From Eledone cirrhosa (lineage: Eukaryota), in the NCBI GenBank assembly GCA_964016885.1, contig OZ024740.1, positions 6,386,001-6,450,000 on the forward strand: a stretch of 64,000 nt of DNA, given 5' to 3'. The notes under the pieces are model-generated. The model had not been told where the DNA came from and did no database searches. It was given only the letters and a program-made list of their open reading frames with translations. Below, piece after piece: positions 48,377 to 61,934 of this stretch; the first letter of the stretch is position 1; each line of letters starts with the position of its first letter. The translations under genes and the position numbers were made by a program.

Positions 48377-51300
48377 TACGATATTAAATAAATGGAAACT
48401 ATATTTATAAAACCATATTTATTTCATTATATATATTTCAGGGATATCATATTAACAATATGTTATGCCTTCCTCAGACAAAATACAATATAGACAGTTT
48501 TATAGATAAATAGATTTGACATACCGTTCAACATCGACTTGTATTTGAAAAAGTTGATTTGGCAGTGAAAAAATTGTAAACAGAAAGAAAGAAAGAGAGA
48601 AAGAAGGAAAGAAAGAAAAGAAAGAAAACGAAGAAAAAGAAGAAAAAGAAGAAATGCATGCAACAAAATAGAGAGATGGAAAGATAGATAAAGAGAAGAA
48701 CTTCATGTAAAGAAACAGATAGAGATATATATAGAGAGAGGAAATAGATAGAGATAGATATATATAGAGAAAAGTAGGTAGTTGGATGAACGTATCAATG
48801 ATACATTTATTTATTTATTTATTTATTTAGCTCTAGTATTAATGTAAGGGAGATATATGTGGTTAGGAAAGAAACCAGCCGTTATATAGAGAAAAATGAA
48901 AAGTAACCAGACATAGGCGAGGCATAATTTAAAAACCCTATGTTTTAATGTAGAGATATTAGTACGTATAAAAACCAGGCACTATAATGTAAATATCAGT
49001 ATTCCTGAATGAGACACGTATCCATAATGTGTGAAAAGTAAAGATCTTATGTTTAGTTTTAAAAATTCATATGTTTATATGATAACTACAAACATCGATG
49101 TGAATTTACGTGATCAACTCTGCAAACCCCTATTTCACACGGAGAACATTCTCATTGTGCTATAAAAATTTAAGTATACATATATGTGTATATATATACA
49201 CATATATATAGAGTCTATATTAATTTTAACAATACTATTCTTGTCTTTACTCTACATGATTATCTATCAAGCAGAAATAGAGAACAGATTTCAATATATT
49301 AATAAAAAATATCAGAAACAAAAACAAAAAATAATAATAATAATAATAAATAATAATAAAATAGAAAACTAAAAAATATTACATATTAAAAATAAAAATA
49401 TTAGAAAATATTACAATAATAAAAATAAAAACATAATAGAAACATAATATGCCACGCAAATCAACCACAAAGATCAACCCTTCAAAATTAATTGACAATA
49501 TATTGCCAAGTTCATTATAAGCATCAGAGTCGAAAGCAGATAAAGCTAAAAATTATTTATCAAATCGCGTCTAGCAAAAATCATTTCAAAAAGTTTAGGA
49601 TGCCCCTTTGGTCTACATGTGTTCTTATATTTAATATAGAAGTTTAACTAGTGTAACGTTTATTCGAAATATTTGGAGCATCAACTTTTAGGGTAGTTTA
49701 ATTTTTCATGAAGAATGTTTAAATAAAAATAAAAATAAAAAGAAGAATAAAAAGAAGAAATCGAAAGATTTATCGGCTAGTTTCCCAAATAATTATAAAT
49801 CAAACTAAATATACTACGTTTTAAATTTAAATTTATATTTAAAAGTTGAGTTTAATCTATGTTTGCAGCAACTGAATAAATTTGTCCGTAGATTAAGGGA
49901 ATTTTTAGATTTTAGTATAAAGAATATCTCCTCTGCGCAGAGGTCACATGTCTCAGAGGATGAATTAAAAGGAATTCCTCTTGAGACTATATTCCAAGCC
50001 GTCGAATATCTAACGTTATCTAGCCTAAGTTGCCAGAGTACGCCTGATAGTGCTGTTGAAGATTTTTTGCTTGGATCTGTGAAAGAATTCTTGTGGTTAT
50101 TATAGCGAAGTTTAAATTCCGTCGATGTGGAACCGACGTAGTTAAAAGAATTAGAGTCAGTTTTAACATTACAATTGTATATTATATTTTTAACTAAGCA
50201 GTTGTTATTTAACGGACATTTAGATCTATCTCTACAGTTACATTTGTTAACTTGTATATTATTTATGCTATTATCGCTAGGTTTTAAGTTCCTATTATTT
50301 ATTCTATTAATATTTTGTGCTAAATTTTTGGTGGATGAGTAGGTTAATTTTATAATATGTCTATTGAAAATTGAATGATACCTATGTGTTCTAGGGAAGC
50401 GATTATCAAGAGCTTTAAAAAATAGTTTAGCGATGTGGGTTTTAATGTTTAGTGAGAAAGGGGGGGCAAACCATATTATGTTCCTAGTTCTATTTCTTTT
50501 TTTGGCTTTTGGAATTATTGTAATGCTTTCTATTATAGTTGTTAAGGTTGTTGCCGTAATTAAAATAGTTGTTATTTTGTTTAGTTTGTCTATCATTATC
50601 TATGTACATAATCTTATCACTATATCCTGCTCTAGCTAACGCTTCATTGTAGTACTGGGCTTTTTCGTCGAAAATCTTTCTATTAGACGAGATTCTAGAG
50701 ATACGTTTTTGAACAGAGTTTACTATAGTGTTTTTGACAGATCTGGGGTGGTTAGAGTTAAAGCTGACATAGTTTAAGTTTTCATTCAACTTGTGAAAAG
50801 GATAGTGAAGACATGTGTTGAGATTTAATGTTATATCTAGGAAATTGACTATTCTATGGTTGTTCTCAATTTCTATTTTAAGATTAAAGTAATTAAAAAA
50901 TTGTGTAATTTGTTTTCTTTTTCTATTTAGTTCAGAGTTATTATTATCAATAAGTAAGAGCATGTCATCTCTATATAAACCTCCGGTAGTACCAGATATT
51001 TTCCTATGTAGCGAATTGATTAAAAATAAGCCCACAAGGTCAGTTACCTGAGCTGAGTCGGATGATCCCATAGTAATGTCAAAATTGCTATCTCTATCTG
51101 CTCTGGTCCATAGTTGGTCATTAAATTCTATCAATGTTTTCCTAGCCGATAATATAATGTGCATTTCTTTGCTAGTTAGGTCTGTATGTTTGAATGCGTA
51201 ATTTAGTGCCTTATTTAGTAGATTAGGGGTAATAGAAGAATAATAGTTAGCAATATCAAGTTGAATAAACTTATTATTATTGTTATATTTAATTTGCTTA

Positions 51301-51691
51301 AACCACTCAACAACCTCTCCAGTTCCCTTCCACAAGCTCAGGTTAGGTAAACAATCCAAGTTCTTAATTTGCTGTATCACCCTGTCAAGAATTTCTTCTT
51401 TTTCTTCTTTTTCTTCTTTTTCTTCTTTTTCTTCGTTTTCTTTCTTTCTTTTCTTTCTTTCCTTCTTTCTCTCTTTCTTTCTTTCTGTTTACAATTTTTT
51501 CACTGCCAAATCAACTTTTTCAAATACAAGTCGATGTTGAACGGTATGTCAAATCTATTTATGTATAAAACTGTCTATATTGTATTTTGTCTGAGGAAGG
51601 CATAACATATTGTTAATATGATATCCCTGAAATATATATAATGAAATAAATATGGTTTTATAAATATAGTTTCCATTTATTTAATATCGTA
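48377..51691 (-). mobile_element. 5'-truncated Naiad-type Penelope-like element bounded by ~280-300-bp inverted repeats
   Basis: 48377-48655 is the reverse complement of ~51391-51691; RT and GIY-YIG coding sequence lies between them. Confidence 0.82.
49814..51389 (-). pseudogene. Penelope (Naiad-like) RT and C-terminal GIY-YIG endonuclease, N-truncated, one frameshift near 50500
   Basis: FIQLDIANYY, ITMGS, LYRDD, VNFLDITL, SNHP; then IIWFAPPFS, CNCR..CPL, IIY..YVG, RYNNH and CDLC.EE. Confidence 0.88.
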
Positions 51692-51700
51692 TATATATAT

Positions 51701-53148
<1,448 letters not shown>

Positions 53149-53599
53149 TAAATGATGAGGATGATATACAGACACACATCCATCTTTTTACTAATACTTG
53201 CCTCCTCATTTTCTGCTACAGAAACACACACAGTCACACACATTTCCACACACATTTCCACACACATTTCCACACACATTAACACACTCCCACACACACT
53301 CATTATCCCCTCCCACTTTTTGTGTTAGTTTCTGTTGCCCCCCCCCCCCCCCCCCACACACTCTCTGCCACCCCCACCCCAATCCTTCTTAATTATTTTG
53401 GTCCCTATAAACTTCATTTCTTAATTGCTTTCATCAAATCTTAATTACCCCCTCCCTTGTCTTTCCCCGTCTTCTCTCTCTCTCTCCCTCTCTCTCTAGA
53501 TCTCTTTCTCTTTTTCCTTACCTTAATTTTTTTCAGTGTATTTCTCTTCCTCCTCCTCCTGTCCTCCACCACCAGCTTTTTCTTTTCATCTTACCTGCT

Positions 53600-54620
53600 A
53601 CATCACCACCACCACCACCACTACCTCCACCACCACTACCCCCCCCCCCCCCCCCCATCACCACTACCACCACCATCTCCCCCCCATCACCACCACCACC
53701 AGCACTACCTCCACCACCACTACCCCCCATACACACACACACCACTACCACCACTACCCCCCCCCCCCCCCCCCCTCCATCACCACTACCACCACTCTCC
53801 CCCCATCACCACCACCACCAGCACTACCTCCACCACCACTACCCCCCCATCACCACTACCACCACTACCCCCCCCATCACCACCACCACCAGCTCCACCT
53901 CCACCACCACTATCCCCCCCACCAGCACACTACCTCTACCACCACCACCACCACCGCCACCACTATCTCCCCCACCACCACTACCACCACCACCACACCA
54001 CCACCACCACCACCACACTACCACCACCACCACTCCCTCACCACACATGCAATCAACAACCCACCCACTCATCAACCCTACCACAGCCTCCAACATTAAT
54101 CATTATGTCACCACTGTTACCATGTAACCTGATTCCATTTCTCCCCTAAATCCGCAACACTTACCACTACACTGCCCTCTACACTCACCACTATACTGAC
54201 AACAACACTTACCACTACACTTACCTCAGCACTTACCACTACACTCACCACCACACTTACCTGCAGACTTACCACTACACTTATCTCTACACTTACCACT
54301 GTGCTTACCTCTGCACTTACCCCTACACTTACCTATACACTTACCTCTACATTGGCCACTACATGCACCTCTCTACTTATCACTACACACACCTCTACAC
54401 TTACTGCTACTCTTTCCACAACACTTACCATCACACTTACCTCTACACTCACCACTACGCTCACCACTACACTTACCACTACCACTACACTTACCACAAC
54501 ACTTACCACTACACTCACCACTACACCCACACAACACTTACCTTAACACTTACTACTACACTCACCACAACACTTACCACAACACTTACCACTACACTCA
54601 CCACTACACTCACCATAGCA
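53600..54620. repeat. (CAC)n/C-run low-complexity DNA followed by degenerate 12-bp acacttaccact repeats
   Basis: Directly visible. Confidence 0.9.
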
Positions 54621-54811
54621 CTTCCACCATTTCCACTCACATTTGTCAGTGGTGATGTGGTAGTTTTAATGGTGTGATGTCACTGTTTTTTAACAGCAGG
54701 TCATCTCAGAAATGGCAGATGTAATCAAAAGGTGTTTTAACTGTCCCCAGCTTGTCTTTTTAATAGTGTCTGCATTATTATTATTATTTTATGCTTGCTT
54801 GCTTTTCATCC

Positions 54812-55212
54812 AAGATGGGGAGACCCAAGAAGACCTGGGATGAGGTGATAAAAGCCAATTGCACCTCTCAAAGACGATGACACACGGCCGTGACCTCTGG
54901 CGTCACGCAGTAATACAGAAGACCTGACTTACCACAGTTACAAGCCAAAGCTGAAGCATATAGGCAATAACCCCTCATCCCCTCCCACTGCAAAGTGGGC
55001 GTGGAGGCGCCACGGAAAAAAAAGCACCCAGCACCAGCACTCACTGTAAATGAGGTTGGTGTTAGGAAGGACATCCAGCTGTAGAAATCAAGCCAGAATC
55101 AGTTCCCGTATGAACAAGACATGGTCACCTGACCTGGCATTGCCCACAACAGGACAGCCTGTCTAACCCATGCTAGCATGGAAGAACGGACATAAAACGG
55201 TGATGATGATGA
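54812..55212 (+). mobile_element. LINE-A extreme 3' end plus 3' module
   Basis: GRPKKTWDEVIKA followed by the module and (GAT)n. Confidence 0.8.
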
Positions 55213-55483
55213 TGGATTAAGATCTTTAGAGGCTTTAAACACTTGGAAGTTCCCCTCCCCAATATATAAAGCCTGCCTAAATAATGATTCTTTGGAACAA
55301 CAAATACAATTAATTTGAGGTGAAATGGTGTCCCTGTTAAATTACTGACAACTTGACTGAGTGTATTTGGTGCATTTTATCATGGCAACAACACTAGAGG
55401 AGTTATTATGTCCTTGGCAGTAATAGATAGGTCTTCTGGAGACCAAACATTTGGTGGCAAGAAGGGTAATGGGTGGGCAGACA

Positions 55484-55780
55484 GTAATGACAGCTACATG
55501 TTTAATGGTGAGAGGAGAGTGGGAGAGACTGTAATGAGAGCTACATGTTTAATGGTGAGAGGAAGAGTGAGAGAGAGTAATGACAGCTACATGTTTAATG
55601 GTGAGAGGAGAGTGGGAGAGACTGTAATGACAGCTACATGTTTAATGGTGAGAGGAAGAGTGAGAGAGAGTAATGACAGCTACATGTTTAATGGTGAGAG
55701 GAGGGTGAGAGGAGAGTGGGAGAGACTGTAATGACAGCTACATGTTTAATGGTGAGAGGAGGGTGAGAGGAGAGTGAGAG
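55484..55780. repeat. Short minisatellite of ~45-57-bp units
   Basis: gtaatgacagctacatgtttaatggtgagagg x6 with variable purine spacers. Confidence 0.85.
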
Positions 55781-55839
55781 GAGAGAGACAGACAGAGTGA
55801 AAAAAGACAGAGAAAGAAAAAACATTTCTGTGTGGTTCT

Positions 55840-57308
55840 AGTTAGTAAAAGATGGTAGTACTGGTTAGTAAAAGACGGTAGTACTGGTTAGTAAAAGACA
55901 GTAGTACTGGTTAGTAAAAGATGGTAGTACTGGTTAGTAAAAGATGGTAGTACTGGTTAGTAAAAGACGGTAGTACTGGTGAGTAAAAGATGGTAGTACT
56001 GGTTAGTAAAAGACGGTAGTACTGGTTAGTAAAAGACAGTAGTACTGGTTAGTAAAAGATGGTAGTACTGGTTAGTAAAAGACAGTAGTACTGGTGAGTA
56101 AAAGATGGTAGTACTGGTTAGTAAAAGACAGTAGTACTGGTTAGTAAAAGATGGTAGTACTGGTTAGTAAAAGACAGTAGTACTGGTTAGTAAAAGATGG
56201 TAGTACTGGTTAGTAAAAGACAGTAGTACTGGTTAGTAAAAGATGGTAGTACTGGTTAGTAAAAGACAGTAGTACTGGTTAGTAAAAGATGGTAGTACTG
56301 GTTAGTAAAAGACGGTAGTACTGGTTAGTAAAAGACGGCAGTACTGGTTAGTAAAAGACGGTAGTACTGGTTAGTAAAATATGGTAGTACGGGTTAGTAA
56401 AAGATGGTAGTACTGGTTAGTAAAAGACGGTAGTACTGGTTAGTAAAAGACAGTAGTACTGGTTAGTAAAAGACAGTAGTCCTGGTTAGTAAAAGATGGT
56501 AGTACTGGTTAGTAAAAGATGGTAGTACTGGTTAGTAAAAGACGGTAGTACTGGTTAGTAAAAGACGGCAGTACTGGTTAGTAAAAGACGGTAGTACTGG
56601 TTAGTAAAATATGGTAGTACGGGTTAGTAAAAGATGGTAGTACTGGTTAGTAAAAGACGGTAGTACTGGTTAGTAAAAGACAGTAGTACTGGTTAGTAAA
56701 AGACAGTAGTCCTGGTTAGTAAAAGATGGTAGTACTGGTTAGTAAAAGATGGTAGTACTGGTTAGTAAAAGACAGTAGTACTGGTTAGTAAAAGACGGTA
56801 GTACTGGTTAATAAAAGACGGTAGTACTGGTTAGTAAAAGATGGTAGTACTGGTTAGTAAAAGATGGTAGTACTGGTTACTAAAAGATGGTAGTACTGGT
56901 TAGTAAAAGACGGTAGTACTGGTTAGTAAAAGATGGTAGTACTGGTTAGTAAAAGATATTAGTACTGGTTAGTAAAAGACGGTAGTACTAGTTAGTAAAA
57001 GATGGTAGTACTGGTTAGTTAAAGATGGTAGTACTGGTTAGTAAAAGATGGTAGTACTGGTTAGTAAAAGATGGTAGTACTGGTTAGTAAAAGACAGTAG
57101 TACTGGTTAGTAAAAGATATTAGTACTGGTTAGTAAAAGACGGTAGTACTAGTTAGTAAAAGATGGTAGTACTGGTTAGTTAAAGATGGTAGTACTGGTT
57201 AGTAAAAGATGGTAGTACTGGTTAGTAAAAGATGGTAGTACTGGTTAGTAAAAGACAGTAGTACTGGTTAGTAAAAGATGGTAGTACTGGTTAGTAAAAG
57301 ACAGTAGT
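55840..57308. repeat. 23-bp minisatellite (~63 copies)
   Basis: Unit ctggttagtaaaagayrgtagta. Confidence 0.95.
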
Positions 57309-58051
57309 GAGAGTGATAGATATTAATATAGAGAGTGGCTCGAGGGGTAGGAAGTTTATATATATTTTATATTTGTGAATGTGCGTGGCTTAGTGGTTAG
57401 AGAATTGGTTTCTCAATCAGGAAGTTGTAGGTTCATTCCCAGATTGGATGATGTGTTATGTCCTTGAACAAGACAGTTTATTTCACGTTGTTCCTTCTAT
57501 CTGGAGTTTTGACTGATAGATTGTATTAGCAAGTGGAAAGACCAATGGAAACATTATTTCCTCAGTCCAATTTACAAGCTCCACCCCACTCGTTAAGCGA
57601 ATGAGGTCAGGGATCTTGTCGACTGTTATATATGTTTTATATATTCTATACATGGTGCATGAAATTGAGATGTTAGAGAGTTGGATTAAATGACTTGCTA
57701 TTTGATCTGGTTGCTGTTCAGTTCAAATCCTACTGGAGTCAACTTAGCCTTTACATTCATTAGGGGTTGATAAATAGAGTACCAGTCCAGGGCCATCTGA
57801 CAGGATGCTTTGTAGTATCTGTTTCACGTGTGTTTTGAGTTCAAATCCCAGCTCCCGACACCAGAAGCTGTGCCTAACAGATAGTATTAACCATAGGAAG
57901 ACAAATCCCAGCTCCCGACACCAGAAGTTGTGCCTAACAGATAGTTTAAACCTTGGGAAAGACAAATAAAATCAGTTTAACTGGGCTGATCACAGTATCC
58001 ACTTCTTTCATTTCAGTCTTTCCATTTTTATAAATAATTTATGTTTTCTAT

Positions 58052-58880
58052 ATCATCATCATCATCGTTTAACGTCCATATTCCATGCTAGCATGGGTTA
58101 GACGGGAATTGTCCCACTTGAGGCTAGATTAATTGGGTGACCGTGTCTCGCTCGTATAGGACTATCTGGCAGGTTTTCCATGGCTGGATGCCCTTCCTAA
58201 CACCAACCACATTTATAGTGTGGACTGGGAGTCTTTTTACCGTGTCTCCTAGACGACCACTTTACAGCGTGAACTGGGTGCTTTTTGTCATGACACCTAC
58301 ATAACCTCTTTAGTGTAGGCTGGATGTTGTGGTACCAACATAACTTTACAGAGAAAGGGTGGTGTTGGCCTGAGTGGAAGGATGGAGTAGGGAACTGGGT
58401 TGGGGTGTATGTTGGGTTAGGAGGGGCCTACTGACTGTAGGTTAACTTTGTACGTAGGGAAGACGGGTCTTCTGTATTACTGCGTGGTGCCAAAGCTCCC
58501 GGTCCAGTGACATTGTCTTAGAGAGGTCTAAGCGTACAAGGTCGGATTTTATCATGTCATCCCAGGTTTTTCTGGGTCTATCTACTCCGTAACTTCCATC
58601 AATTTTGATCACCCTGCATTTTTTTATACAGCTGTCGTCTTTCATGCACATCACGTGACCATACCAATGTAGTCTTTTCTCAAGTAAACAGCATCTGATC
58701 CCACTTATTCCTCATTTCTCACTTAGTTCATTTATGCTTTGCTGTTCACGTATATTACTATTACACATCCAATGGAGCATGCATGCTTCATTCCTTTCCA
58801 GTCTGCGCAGGTCCTCTACACACAATGCCCATGTCTCACTGCCATGTAACATTGCTGTTCATATACAAGCATCATACAAT
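58052..58880 (-). mobile_element. LINE-A 3' fragment with 3' module, just upstream of the last kinesin exon
   Basis: MKDDSCIKKCRVIKIDGSYGVDRPRKTW; (GAT)n tail. Confidence 0.85.
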
Positions 58881-58993
58881 CATATCATGATGATGATGAT
58901 ATTTATATATAATTTATATATATTTCATATGTAATTTATATATATTTGATATAGGTTTACTACCTATATTTTTATATATTTTCTATATTGCAG

Positions 58994-59199
58994 GTGGGGA
59001 TGCTAAACTCTTACTACTGCTCTGTGTATCTCCAACCAAACATTACATTACTGAATCACTACAATGTCTTGGATTTGGTCAAAGAGCAAGACAGGTTCAA
59101 AGAGGTCCAGCCAAACGTAGACTGCCAACAGCCATGGAGAAATCAGAAGTTTCTGGAATTAACAGAAGTCGGTCTAAGACACCTCCAGTATCAAAATAA
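58994..59199 (+). CDS. KIF25: KIF25-like kinesin terminal coding exon
   Basis: ttgcag| acceptor; phase 1 joins exon 36568-36723 in frame to give GGDAKLLLLLCVSPTKHYITESLQCLGFGQRARQVQRGPAKRR...VSK*. GGDAKLL and GFG.RARQVQRGP are KIF25-type motifs. Confidence 0.92.
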
Positions 59200-59492
59200 C
59201 AGTAGACAAAATATTGAAATCAATGAAGTATTAACCTCCATGTAGTCACTGACCAGAAGAAATAACAGTTAAACCTAGACTGATATGAATTCCACACTAC
59301 TGACTTGAAAAGAAAGACATGGAACTCATTTCATTAGAGGCTTGCACAAGTCATGGAGGCTTTAAACAATTTATTACTATTTATCTTGCTAAGGGATGAA
59401 ACAATAACAAATAATTATTAGTGTAGTTTAATTAATACGAAGTATTGTGAGATATGTATGAGTCTTTTTATTACATAATTATAATTGTGTTA

Positions 59493-59498
59493 AATAAA
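59493..59498 (+). promoter_or_regulatory. Candidate polyadenylation signal of the kinesin gene
   Basis: AATAAA ~295 nt after the stop, followed by T-rich sequence; a weak call in AT-rich DNA. Confidence 0.35.
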
Positions 59499-59610
59499 AT
59501 CAATTCGGATTTCACTAATATTTACTTTATATTTGGTATATTTTTCTATATTATGGCAGCGATGTATTTCTTTTGCAAGGTTTTTTATATGAAATCCTGT
59601 GTTGAAACAG

Positions 59611-60001
59611 ATATTGTTATATTTGGGGAGGGTTATGTAGTCCTAATATTACCAAAATATAGTAAAACACACTCACTGTTTGGTTTGGTTTTCACTTCAG
59701 TATATTTTTATATTTCTATAAATAATTTAGCTGACAAACAATGTTTATCATTGATTGACCAACAGTTAAAAGTATAAATATAAATATAATTTATCAAAGT
59801 TCTTTCGTCACACATTTCTGTGACATCTTCAGTGATTATCATTGTTTCCTTCCGTTGTGTTTCTAAATTATTTCTAAATTATTTATTCTAAATATTTATA
59901 AAAAATATATAAATAAACTGAAGTGAAAACCAAACAGTGAGTGTGTTTTACTATTTTTGGCAACATTACGACAACATGACCCTCCCCAAATATAACAATA
60001 T
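59611..60001. repeat. Imperfect ~90-bp inverted repeat (MITE-like fold-back)
   Basis: atattgttatatttggggagg...tagtaaaacacactcactgtttgg..ttcacttcag versus its reverse complement at 59911-60001. Confidence 0.8.
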
Positions 60002-61934
60002 TTCTATATTGTTTTATTTAGAAAATTCTTCTTATTCCCCATATTTATGCAAATCAGAACCTTCTGTTTAGGAGTTGTTTTTAATTAGGGCATCCAGCCA
60101 TAGAAAACCTACCAAATAAAGGATGAGAAGGACCCTTCAACTGTGTCAAAGACATGACAACCCACCCTTCCCCACTCACCCCACTACTTGTGCTCGGTTG
60201 AGTGCAGGAATATATGTCAGCATGATGCACCCATCCCACAGGTCCCTCAAAAGGACTATGAACCTGCATCTCACATACGTTCCCATGCTCTACAAAATAC
60301 ATTTTGTCTGGGCACCACACTAATACCAGGAAGGTTGTTATGATGTTGACACAAATGAAGAATCCTTCTAATCCTTTATTTATCAAGTTTTCTATGGCTA
60401 GATACCTTTCCTAACACCAACCACTTTACAAGGTGTACTGAGTGCATTTATCATGTAGATCGCCAACACTAGGGTGGCTGTCATGTCTTTTGTCTACAAT
60501 TATAAATCTTACATACCCTAACATTTTGTTAACATTCTAGTAAATATAGTACTAACATGTTAACAGTATCTATTTTTGACACTATGGTATATTATAGGAC
60601 AAATCTAGATATTAGCTGTCACTGCATTGTGTAAACTAATTATAATTAACCAGATATATTGGAAGGTTGTAAATGGCAGCTAATGCCTCACTAATTTATT
60701 TAATCAAATTTACTGTCAAGAACGCATCAAATATTGATAATGGTGGTTTTAAATATAATTTCACAGTGGTCAGGTAAGCAAAGGGTTAGTGGTTGCTGAT
60801 GAAAAATGTCATTCAACATCATTATTTGATTAGAACTATTCTGGTAAGTTCTCATGATCCTATTCCAGTTGTGAAACTGGAATCCACAGGCGTAACTTGA
60901 GCTCAGAATACAAACTCCTTGAATAAATAACAAAAAGCATCTACTTCCACTAATCCACCATTTTGTACTTATCAACCTCAACTGGATGAAAGACAAAATT
61001 GACCTTGAGATTTGAACTTGAAGTGAAAAGATCCAGAACAAATCCTAAAATATATCCACCTTAACAAATCAACCAATTTTTCTACCTCAGATCAAAATGT
61101 TTTCAACTGTAATTCAACTGATATTTTGTTTTCTCAGTAAAATGGCACAAACAGCTAAACACATACATAACAAAACTGTGTAACATATTGACACAGGAGG
61201 AGGGGGGGGGAGGAGGAGAAGAAGAAGATATATATTCCCCCTCCACCATCTACTATATATACCCTCCCCCACTTTTCTATATATATCTCCCCCACCACTC
61301 TACTATATATCCCCTCCACCGCCACTTTGCTATATTCACCCCCCCTTTGTTAATGACCCCCACCACCATACACCCATTTTCACCCCCACCGTCACCCCTC
61401 TCCATTTCTTAACGTCTAAAACCATAACAGAAGACTGCAACAATAATTGTCATTGTGGCTGTCATCATCATCATCGTCATCATCACCACCACTACTGTTG
61501 TCTTCAACACCACCACCACCAGTTTCCTGTATACAAGCGATAAATGGCAAATCTGGCTGATCAGTGGATCTGCTAATATGCAGATCTGACTGATCAACCA
61601 GTCTGCTAATATGCAAATCAGGCCAATCAGTGACTGTGTATTTTTGAAAATAGCATATATTTTCACTAGTTCTGACATTTTCGCAGGTGAACAGTGAACT
61701 GTACTGATGAAGGGTGATATCCAGAAACATTAGTGTCTGCAGTTCTGTTCACATGCTAACACAAGAGCAAGAATGAAGTGTTCATTCTACTGACATGGCT
61801 ATAAAATTGAGGCTTGTTTGCATAATTGCAAACGAATCGAATGTTATTATCAATATTCAAAAAACTCAGATTACATTTATTGTATTCAGCCATGTAGAGC
61901 GAAATTTTCATTTATATATATATATATAATGATC

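Noticed and set aside
49003-49045. ctgaatga-acac/gtgt-gaaa hammerhead-like string
   Set aside because: The core has an extra base, and stems I and III do not form.
50490-50510. Programmed -1 frameshift at A_AAA_AAG between Naiad RT and endonuclease
   Set aside because: The endonuclease frame is +1, and the -1 frame stops within a few codons. A homopolymer indel or sequencing error is simpler.
49814-51389. Selenoprotein Naiad
   Set aside because: No in-frame TGA in either ORF piece of this copy.
60727-61730. Minus-strand ORFs as a neighbouring gene
   Set aside because: Short, partly SINE-derived or low-complexity, with no motifs or coherent splice structure.
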